64,000 nt of DNA from NCBI GenBank assembly GCA_965644495.1, contig CBFFSA010000015.1, positions 248,001 to 312,000 of the forward strand, in the 5' to 3' direction. Every line of letters begins with the position of its first letter. The stretch's first letter is position 1. A program made the position numbers and the translations under genes. The notes beneath the pieces are model-generated. The model was not told the origin of the DNA. It was given only the letters and a program-made list of their open reading frames with translations, and ran no database searches. Positions 10,830 to 19,868 of the stretch are shown here, in pieces. The DNA is from Perkinsela sp. CCAP 1560/9 (lineage: Eukaryota > Protista > Euglenozoa: Kinetoplastea).

Positions 10830-12110
10830 GCGACTCAATAGGTCTGCTAAGTTTTCTTTTGCGCTTCGCGTTCCGGTATCACGTGTATATTGTAATAAAG
10901 GGGGGGTTCGTCTATTATTAACAAACTTTTTTGTTAATAATAGACGGTTTGTTAATAATACACTGCCGACTAATATTATTGAGTTTTTAATTATTGGCGA
11001 AGCTCTGCAACTTTTAATTAAAAAATCATTAATTTTTGTGCCAGTAATTTTCGTAGAAATTTGTACTTATCGACAAACAATAGAAGTTGTTAGTAGAGGG
11101 GCGGAAAACCCCAAAATTAGGTCAAAAGGGTTTTTTTTCTCCCAAAAAGATTCAAGAATTTTTACGGGGAAGAAAGTTGCTTTTTACCAAAAAATTACTA
11201 TCCTTAGGAAGTACAATAGGTGTCCCTAGGTATAGCCCGGACGGTGGTTTGCATCTCTCTAATCTTGTCAAATGCGTTGCGAAGGGAAGGTTATTAAGAG
11301 GTCATTAAGTGAGGGGATGCGGGTGTGATCTCGCATGATCTCACGACCGGGTGCTGACATAAAGCCAATCTCGCTCCTCCTGCGTCAAATCCTCTCATAA
11401 AATTTGAATTTTTGTGTAACATCTATGGCACTCTTCTCTAATATCTTGGTTGCCAAGATCAGACCTCATGAGAAATTCAAAAATTGACCAAAAAGATAAA
11501 AAAAATGTTTCTCGCCAAAAATTGACAACTTTTAATTAAAAAAACAATAATTTTTGTGCCATGAATTTTAGCGATAATAATTTTGGGCTTGGGTGTAGAT
11601 GAAATAATACCCCCTTTTTCAATAATAGATGAACTTTTCATCTATTATTAACAATCGACCTTTTCGGCTTATTTTCGGCTTGTTTCCTACCCTTGCCCCC
11701 AAGAATAACCCCACTTTTACGAAAAAAAGCTCCATGAAAGTTAGGTTTAGCGGATTTTCCTTTAGGGAAGCTGAGAAAAATGAAGAAAATTAATTCTTGT
11801 TAATAATAGATGAATGTTAATAATAGATGAAATAATACCATTTTTAATAATAGATGGTTGTTAATAATAGACGAACCCCCCTTTAGGCAAAATCGTTTAA
11901 TATTCTTGCAAGCACTTCGGATATATGCGCTGATTCAGACCACTGTTTTCTAATCGCGTATTCGACGCTGGTATTATCTATCATAAGTCGGATGATGCTT
12001 CATGTTCGCCAAAAGGTTGAAAAGGATGAAATCGCGCGTTCCACCTCCAGGGTCTCCGCTTTGTTAATCTCGATCTCTGTCTCCCACTGGGCTCCGGTAG
12101 CGTAAACCTA
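10830..12110 (-). pseudogene. DIRS/TATE/VIPER-like RNase H fragment split by a MITE
   Basis: After removing 10898-11883 and one TA it reads GAQWETEIEINKAETLEVERAISSF..*..IRLMIDNTSVEYAIRKQWS...RILNDFAYYNIHVIPER, then a 1 nt frameshift to KENLADLLSR. Confidence 0.75.
10898..11883. mobile_element. TIR element (aagggggggttcgtctattattaacaa) with TA target duplication
   Basis: ~27 bp TIR, TA on both sides, multiple ttaataataga subterminal repeats. Confidence 0.9.
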
Positions 12111-12668
12111 CCGCGCGTTCGAATCATCCGCAAAAGAAGCGATTAAAAGACACAGGAGAGGAAGATACCAAAGTGTCAACAGGCGAAGAACTCAAGGAAA
12201 GCCGTCAGAAGACTGCGATAACCAACAAGACAACAAAGGTATTGTTAAGTTCACGACCAAATAAGGGCAATAAGAAAGTAAACGTAACAAAAACATGAAA
12301 CGTGACCTCTTTCATGTGCTAACGTGATTTACATAGGGGGTGCAGTTTAGTTCCAATATTTTCTTTGTATCGTTGCAAGATTCAGAATCAAGATGTGAAT
12401 TAACCCGTTTGCTGTCGTGCTCACATCGGTAAATGCTAATTTGAGTATTATAGTGTTAAACCCTGTTCCGGGTTAATGTGCCTATAGCTACTTATTGTGC
12501 CGGGGTGGACACAATAACCCGGAACACGGTTTAATTTGAATAATGTAGCTCCGTGGGTAGCGAAAAATGTGGTTCCGGTGGATGATAACGCAAAAGTTTG
12601 TCTAAAATCCGGTCCACCATGGCAAGAATTGGCGATTTGAATATTAAACCACCGTCCGGGTTATTATA

Positions 12669-13244
12669 CAGGGGGGATCAGCTAAATCTGGGGGGGGTCT
12701 TAAATTTGTAAAAGCTGGCCAATTTTGGAAAGTAATACTGCATTCGATAACTCTCGAATAGCCCTCTTGGGGAACCTATGACGTTTCCCGTGCTTTTACG
12801 CACATCACTTTTAGATAAAAATTACGTTTCTTCGGGGTGCAAAATTTGTATTTTTTCACATTTTTTTACTTTTTTGCCTGTTTTTTCCCATTTTTGGAGC
12901 ATTCATACCACAAAGACTGGTGCACTCACATTCTTCTCGAAGGAAATTCTCGGAGAGCCGTTTCTTACCCTCAGATAAAACAAAACTAACGCATATAATG
13001 TTGTTCGTTCAAGATTTGTCATTTCACCTTTTTGCAATTTTCTAGAAAAAATTGCAATTGACTTTTTTGAACCACCTGTCATTTTACAAAAATGTTATCT
13101 ATGCGGGAAACGACATAGATTCCACAAGACTTGTAGATTCCACAAGAGGGCTATTCGAGAGCTCTCGAATGCGCTATTATTTTCCAAAATTGACCACTTT
13201 TTACAAATTTTAGACCCCCCCCCAGATTTAGCTGATCCCCCCTG
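12669..13244. mobile_element. MITE with ~100 bp TIRs (caggggggatcagctaaatctgggggggg...), TA-flanked
   Basis: Long imperfect inverted repeats with TA at 12667-12668 and 13245-13246; a related right end lies at ~13690-13782. Confidence 0.9.
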
Positions 13245-13830
13245 TACATTGGAAGGCGTGCGCGAGCGGAGGGGACTTCGTTTTCTGGGGCTTCAGGGGT
13301 AAAAGAATATGAAATGCCACAAATATTAAAAGTTTCGTGGTTATCATACCCTAACTGATCAAATCTCTTGACTATGTCAACCTGATTTCCTGGTGAGTTT
13401 CCCTCATCCAATGGAACATTGAAAATTACGCGCGGTGAGGGGAAAAGATTGCGTTGCTTCGTAATCGGCAATAAAAAGCATGCGCCAGATTACGTTTACG
13501 TGTCCAGGCGAATATGCTCTTTCAGAGTGTTTATCGGGCGATCGTCCTCGATCCCGTTTTGTGGCACAAATCAGGGGAGAAATCAGAAAAACTGTGAAAA
13601 CTGCAAAGTTTTTTCTATCAAAAAACAAAGTTTTTGATGTGCTTTCAAAAATCCAATTAACGCGGATTCCATGAATGCACGTTCATGAGCCTGTCCGAGA
13701 GCTCTCGAATGCGCTATAACTTTCCAATTTTGGACCGGTTTTACAAATTTTAGACCCCCGCACATCCAAATTTACACCCCTGTAAGTTCTGCACCTGTCT
13801 CTGATGCAGTAGGGGGGGGGGGCACAATTT

Positions 13831-14290
13831 TAGGCTCTTCGTTATACACGGTGGTTGTTTTCAACTTAGAAGTCACTCATGCTGCGCTCTTCGCGTTGAA
13901 AACTACCACCGCGTATACCGAAGAGCCTAAAAAAGAAAAATTGACCTGGAAAGCTGAAGAAAACGGAAAGATTATAGACAAGAATATAGCTAAAAAAATA
14001 GCCTATTTTCGGGTAAAAATGGGGTGATTTGTGCGTATTGAAATGGGGTCAATTTTGGGTATTTTTGCTCTCGGGGCACTAAATCCGACATTTGCGCGTG
14101 GGAAATCACTCGTAGGCATGAATGAAGGCTTTCGGAACGTAATGGGTAGAGAATACGACTCCAACCACACCATTCTTTCGACACAAAAAGGCCCCTTGGG
14201 GTCCGAAAAATACCTTTTCACCTTTTTTGGCCAAAAACGGGTCATTTTGGGAGGCATTGCACGGCCTTTCTAAGCCAAAAAAGGGGCGTA
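13831..14290 (+). mobile_element. Dispersed repeat family B (starts with a ~100 bp hairpin)
   Basis: taggctcttcg...cgaagagccta hairpin head and shared body; other copies at 17784-18228 (-), 36860-37000 (internally deleted) and 37055-37480. Confidence 0.85.
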
Positions 14291-14360
14291 ATAACCGATC
14301 ATCCCATATTCGCCAGGGGGGCTCAACCTGTACAAACGTCCTAACACAGACCTGCTCTGT

Positions 14361-14414
14361 TCGGCGTAACTTTGTGCTGTTCGCGGCCAGTCGTGTCAAG
14401 GCACGATGAAACAT
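14361..14414 (-). pseudogene. Truncated third copy of the KAP-like gene
   Basis: MFHRALTRLAANSTKLRR and its upstream spacer match the 15465 copy; similarity ends after 18 codons. Confidence 0.85.
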
Positions 14415-14964
14415 TTGTTATAGAGATAAGAAACAGGTTAGATAAATTATTTTGAAGTGAGATATGAAATTTCAGAGAAATAGTACGACAGCATTGTACA
14501 CCACATTGTTGCATTCTTTGAGTTTCAAATCAAGTTTGACTTGCTTAGCGTAAAAGTAACAAATAAAATTCAACTCTACCAAACGCAATGATGAAAAAAG
14601 TAATAACTATATAAAGCAATGAAGATAAAGAAATTAGTCTAAGCGTTGGGCCTCTTTCTGTATGGTAGTGTACGAATACCAGAACTATTATCACTAAAAA
14701 GTAGACATTGTTGCTCGAACATGTGAGACTGGACAATTCTTAGAGTCTTTGTTTGAGTACAGTATAAGTATCTTTTGCTTTGAGTGAACATAAAACGAAT
14801 CTATGTGGTGTTACATACGATTTCATTAAGTGCATTGTATTTTCCTGTGATTAATTCATGACAAACATTTCAATCATCCATGTACATCTAAAAGGTTGCT
14901 GCTGTACGTTTCTCTGTAAACAAGATAAAATTTTATTTTACGATAAAGATTATTACTTGGAAAT

Positions 14965-15465
14965 CTACTTTTGCTTACGTACTAACTTTTCAATGAACGC
15001 TTTGCCTTGTTTGCGACGCTTCGCTGCTTCCAACTCTAAAGACTTTTTGGCGCTTGATGACAGGTTCTTATATTTTGCAGAAACCTGCTTTGATACTGCA
15101 CGAAATAGCTTCTTTCGATTCTTGAAATTTGGGCGTTCTGCTGCGTAAATTACTCCCATATGCTTCTTCACAAACAAACCGTAGGATGTGGTGCGTGCAT
15201 TTTTCACCTTCAATTTCAAAGACTTCTTCTCTTTTGCATTCTTGGCAGCAATCTTTCCGAATGATTTTACCTGAGCCCGACTTAACTTCTTGAACGCAGC
15301 ATGCGCAGCCTTCAGCTTAGTTCCCTTCTTTCCTTTAAGGAACTTCGACATAAAGACACTCCTGGGAGTAGCAGGCAAGGAGCGTGTACCCCATGGTTTC
15401 TTGACGAGTTTTCGGCGTAACTTTGCGCTGTTCGCGGCCAATCGTGTCAAAGCACGGTGAAACAT
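14965..15465 (-). CDS. Kinetoplast-associated protein-like (basic, HMG-box), copy 1
   Basis: Short mitochondrial presequence-like MFHRALTRL; Lys-rich; TSYGLFVKKHM...VSAKYKNLSSSAKKSLELEAAKR is HMG-box-like. Confidence 0.8.
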   Translation of the reverse strand: MFHRALTRLAANSAKLRRKLVKKPWGTRSLPATPRSVFMSKFLKGKKGTKLKAAHAAFKKLSRAQVKSFGKIAAKNAKEKKSLKLKVKNARTTSYGLFVKKHMGVIYAAERPNFKNRKKLFRAVSKQVSAKYKNLSSSAKKSLELEAAKRRKQGKAFIEKLVRKQK

Positions 15466-15786
15466 TTGTTATAGAGATAAGAAACAGGTTAGATAAATTA
15501 TTTTGAAGTGAGATATGAAATTTCAGAGAAATATCATATCACATCGTACTTGCTTAGCGTAAAAGTAACAAAAAAAATTCAACTCTACCAAACGCAATGA
15601 TGAGAAAAGTGATAACTATGTAAAGCAATGAGGATAGAGAAATTAGTCTAAGCGTTGGGCCTCTTTCTGTATGGCAGCGTACTAATACCAGAACTATTAT
15701 CACTAAAAAGTAGACAATGTTGCTCGAACATGTGAGACTGGACAATTCTTAGAGTCTTTGTTTGAGTATAGTATAAGTATAAAACA

Positions 15787-16198
15787 GTTCGGTGAAAGGG
15801 GACTTTTTTCCCCCGAAAAAAACTTGAAATTTTTTCATTGTGGTTTCTCAAACAAAATTTCAGTATTATCCAAGTGAGTGATTAAGCATCATATTTTTTG
15901 CTACTTACACGACTCCGCTCTATCTTTTTTCTTTGCACAGGCTGTAAAATGTATGACAGTATCATTTTTTGTAGTTGGGAACCTTGGATGACGTGATGAC
16001 AGAAGCCTGTACCGTACGATGTGAATTGAGGAGTTCTTGTAATCCGCTGTTTAAGGAATTTGAAATTATTGTCCAGGCTCAGAACCAGAACCAAGATAGA
16101 GCTCATAAGTTTTCTTGTTTGGTGTATTTTATTAAGGGAAGTACATGTACGAAGTTAAAAGAGTTTTTTTTGGGGGAAAAAAGTCCCTTTTGACCAAC
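15787..16198. mobile_element. TIR element inserted in one KAP intergenic spacer
   Basis: gttcggtgaaaggggacttttttcccccgaaaaaaact versus agtttttttttgggggaaaaaagtcccttttgaccaac; absent from the paralogous spacer near 14795. Confidence 0.85.
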
Positions 16199-16365
16199 AA
16201 TTCTATATGATGTTGCATACAATTTCATTAAGTGCATTGTATTTTCCTTTGACGAATTCATGACAAACATTTCAATCATCCAGGCACATCTAAAAGGTTG
16301 CTGCTGTATTTTTGCATGTAAAAAAAGTTAACGTTCATGTAATAAAAAATTGGTCATTCAGAAGT

Positions 16366-16869
16366 CTACTTTTTTTTACGCATTAACTGTTCAATGAACG
16401 CTTTGCCTTGTTTGCGACGCTTCGCTGCTTCCAACTCTAAAGACTTTTTGGCTCTTGATGACAGGTTCTTATATTTTCTCAAAACCTGTTTTAATACTGC
16501 ACGAAATAGCTTCTTTCGACTCTTGAAGTTTGGGCGTTCTGCTGCGTAAATAACTGCCATATGCTTCTTCACAAACAAAGCGTACGGTGTACTGCGTGCA
16601 TTTTTCACCTTCACTTTCAAAGACTTCTTCTCTTTTGCATTCTTTGCAGCAATCTTTCCGAATGATTTTACCCGAGCCGGGCTCATCTTTTCAAATGCAG
16701 AATGCGCAGCCTTCAGCTTAGGAGTTCCCTTCTTTCCTTTAAGGAACTTCGACATAAAGACACTCCTGGGAGTAGCAGGCAAGGTGCGTGTACCCCATGG
16801 TTTCTTGACGAGTTTTCTGCGTAACTTTGCGCTGTTCGCGGCCAGTCGCGTCAAAGCACGGTGAAACAT
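16366..16869 (-). CDS. Kinetoplast-associated protein-like (basic, HMG-box), copy 2
   Basis: Close paralogue of 14965-15465. Confidence 0.8.
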   Translation of the reverse strand: MFHRALTRLAANSAKLRRKLVKKPWGTRTLPATPRSVFMSKFLKGKKGTPKLKAAHSAFEKMSPARVKSFGKIAAKNAKEKKSLKVKVKNARSTPYALFVKKHMAVIYAAERPNFKSRKKLFRAVLKQVLRKYKNLSSRAKKSLELEAAKRRKQGKAFIEQLMRKKK

Positions 16870-17479
16870 GTTTGTTTTAGTAAAAGAAGAAAGTGGAAAC
16901 AGCTTACAGAAGGTGGATTAGATACACTATTTGAAAAAAATCGTGTAACTATAGAGAGGGGTGAAACCTGCAGAAACGTGAGTTGGGCAGGAAAAAATAC
17001 TTACAAGTAGTCAAATTTGAGATTTAGGTTAAAAGGACCCAGACGTGCGCATTTTTCACATTTTTTTAAACTTCACCATTTTATAAAACATTTCACTCTA
17101 AACTAACTTGTACACGTCTACAGTACATTTGCACGTCCAGCAAGAGTCTACGTAGAGGATATAAACGCCTGGCCAAAATAAGGCACCCCCCTCCAAAGTT
17201 TCAATACTTCGCTTGTTTGAGCTAATTTTTGTAGCATTTTATAGATCTCAATACAAAGATTTTGCGCGTTAAGAAACGGAACAAAAAATCCAAAGTGCAT
17301 ACATTTGAAAGTCTGATTACTACATTTTCACCCTGTTAAAATTTTCAAAAAAAATTACTCCTTTTTAACGAAAAAGTCTTCCCCCCTCTGAGAAATTCAA
17401 CTTTTTTCATGTTTTTTTGCTCATTTTTGTTGCAAACGAGAGATCTCGTTTCCCTCACGAAGATGATTGCTGCCCTTTT

Positions 17480-17782
17480 TTCACGAGCGCAGACTAGACA
17501 ATCCTGATAGCTACTACATCGCATTCGAAATTGGAGCACGAGGACTCCCTAACAGCTCCTGTCGCTACCTCGACGCGATATTCCAAGGGGATCGAAAACG
17601 AGCAAAACCATGCAGGGAAAGCATGAGTTTGATGGCCGGTCGGGCCAGCTATATTATCTGGTCTCGAAGGAATGAGATCGAGTGGACTGATGAAAACCGC
17701 TCTGCTTGCTAAAACAAAAGGTTGCTCGTTGTATGCGGGTCATACACCTTTATATCTCTACATTATGTATGAAAAAAACAAA
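17480..17782 (+). pseudogene. 3' end of a HERO/NeSL-like RLE non-LTR retrotransposon with short 3' UTR and A-rich tail
   Basis: AFEIGARGLPNSS...MSLMAGRASYIIWSRRNEIEW matches the EVG.RG...S..A..AS..IW..R...W RLE terminus; A-rich tract at ~17772-17782. Confidence 0.7.
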
Positions 17783-17783
17783 C

Positions 17784-18228
17784 TTCGCAAGATATCCCTT
17801 CTTGGAGCCGTAGTGCGACCCTCAAAATGACCCATTTTTGACTAAAAAAGGTGAAAAAGTACAGTATGATGTGAAAAAGTACTGTATTTTTCAGATCCCT
17901 ATGGGCCTTTTTATGTCGAAAGAATGGTGTGGTTGGAGTCGCATTCTATACCCATTACGTTCAGTAGGCTTTACTTCACGCGTACTAGTGATTTCCCACA
18001 CGCAAATATCGGATTTAGTGCTCTGAGAGCAAAAATACGCAAAAATGATCCCATTTTTACCTGAAAATCGGCTATTTTTGGCTATAGTCTTTCCGTTTTC
18101 TTCAGCTTTCCAAGCCAAATTTTCTTTTTTGGGCTCTTCGCTGAACGCGGTGGTTGTTTTCAACGCGAAGCACGCAGCATAAGTGACTTCTAAGTTGAAA
18201 ACAAACACCGCGTTTAACGAAGAGCCTA
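17784..18228 (-). mobile_element. Repeat family B, inverted copy
   Basis: Reverse complement of 13831-14290 and 37055-37470. Confidence 0.85.
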
Positions 18229-18496
18229 AAAAAGAATTATTGTTAACATTGAGGGAGATACGGAGTATCTAACTCGCTTACTAAGGTTAATTCCAAAAAC
18301 TGAAAAAGATCGCCAAAAAAACATAAGATCGAGGTTTTTCAAAATTCCAAAACGTAGCAGTAGGTCATTAGATGAACTCTTAAATACTCTAAAAATCATC
18401 TAAAACAACCTTATTTCCCAAATTTTAGAACATTTTTCGTAAAAAAAAGTGCTTGTGCAAAGGTCTGCGATACGACAAACTGGTTGACTAAGGAGC

Positions 18497-18573
18497 GTCC
18501 TTTGAGTAGTCCAGTTGGTAAAGGGGTTCCATTTTGACGCTGGACGTCCGCGGTTCGATTCCCGACATCGACA
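18497..18573 (+). pseudogene. tRNA-like element (A box, B box, TTTT after)
   Basis: tagtccagttggt (A box) and ggttcgattccc (B box); acceptor and anticodon arms imperfect, so identity is unassignable. Confidence 0.6.
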
Positions 18574-18744
18574 TTTTACTAAAACAATCAAAAAAAAATT
18601 ATTTGCTCAAAATCGCAAAAAAAAACAAATTGGGAATAATTTTTTTTTCAGATTTTTTTTCTCGAAAACGTGGCCAGTTGGCCACCAAAAGCACGGTTTG
18701 CATTTTGTATATGTATAGAGAGAAAAATAATGAGCAGGTCCGAG

Positions 18745-19300
18745 TGGTAGTGTGCAGCTACAGTGCCCGTGAGAGAGTAAGTGTACTGCCACGTGAGGCA
18801 GTGGTTGCACAGTGATGCAGTGCAAGTACAGTGGAACGTGCGAGAGTAAGTGCACTGCCACTGTAAGTACAGTGGTACGTGAAAGAGTAAGTGCCACGTG
18901 CCGAGGAGGCGACACCCCGCCTGTGGGGTTTATACCTGTAACATCATCATCATCAAGTGCCACGTGCATACGTGTACACGTGGCACTTACTCTTTCGTGG
19001 CAGTGGTGTACTGCCACGCGGGGCAGTGACTGCAGTGATGCAGTGCAGCTGCATCACGTACGTGAAAGAGTAAGTCTACTGCCACGTGAGGCAGTGAACG
19101 CAGTGTAGATGCAGTGGCGCGTGAGAGAGTCAGTGGCTGCAGTGTAGCTGCAGTGGCACGTGAGAGAGTAAGTGTACTGCCACGTGAGGCAGTGACTGTA
19201 TTGATGCAGTGTGTAGCTAGAGTGGAGCGCGGGTGCAGGTGGACTGCACATGAAACACCCACATGAGAGACCGTGCGCCACCAGTGGCTGCACTGGTGTT
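18745..19300. repeat. Complex minisatellite rich in tgccacgtg / gcagtg / gagagtaagtg, with an internal inversion
   Basis: Repeated gtgagagagtaagtgtactgccacgtgaggcagtg; inverted copy at ~18975-19005. Confidence 0.85.
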
Positions 19301-19326
19301 CCTTTTGGAGAGTGTTGTTACAGATC

Positions 19327-19419
19327 GCCATGTTGTGGAAGGGTGGTCAGCTGGCCATCTCGTGGAAGAGTGGCCGACTGGCCATGTTGTGGAAGAGTGG
19401 CCAGCTGGCCATGTTGTGA
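19327..19419. repeat. 27 bp tandem repeat (~3.5 copies)
   Basis: gccatgttgtggaagagtggccagctg units. Confidence 0.85.
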
Positions 19420-19462
19420 AGAAATCAACCGGGTCTGCACCGCCTCGAAGGGCCCGCCGTAT

Positions 19463-19668
19463 AACCCAGATTGAAAGGGGCGATGGAGATACGAAGCAAC
19501 AGTCGTGGCAGATTCCCACTGAAAAAAAATGGTATCTCCCCGCACGAGAAACGCCTTAGCGCTTGCTGGCTCGGAGACAAACTTGGTGCGGGGAGATACC
19601 ATTTCTTTTCAGTGGGAATCTGCCACGCCTGTTGCTTCGTATCTCCCTCGCCCCTTTCAATCTGGGTT
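19463..19668. repeat. GGGAGATAC foldback palindrome 1
   Basis: ~83 bp near-perfect inverted arms around a ~40 bp loop. Confidence 0.9.
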
Positions 19669-19868
19669 CGATTATTGTTAGCAAAAAATGGAAATTAATG
19701 AAGGGGGGAGTATAATTTAAACGCATATTAAGAAAAAATAGTCTCCCGATGTGCTGTAAATAGGGGGAACGTGAAGATCTCAAAATTTTGAACTTTAAAG
19801 CGGCGACGGTAAGGCTAAGAGTAACGCACGAATTCTTTTCCTCAATCCATAGGCACCAACCATCTTTC

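Larger units (their letters stand above)
10256..12668. mobile_element. Outer TIR pair enclosing nested elements
   Basis: tataataacctggacggtggttta (10256) and taaaccaccgtccgggttattata (12645-12668) form a 24 bp inverted repeat with one mismatch. Confidence 0.6.

Noticed and set aside
12984-12998. aactaacgcatataa resembles the 5' end of the kinetoplastid spliced leader
   Set aside because: Lacks the conserved CAGTTTCTGTAC and the GT donor; lies within a MITE; probably chance.
13250-13690. Possible Tc1/mariner WP..SPDLNPLDY remnant (WLSYP...LDY)
   Set aside because: Needs frameshifts and several substitutions; too weak by eye.
19327-19419. CRISPR-like array
   Set aside because: Contiguous tandem units with no unique spacers; eukaryotic context; no cas genes.
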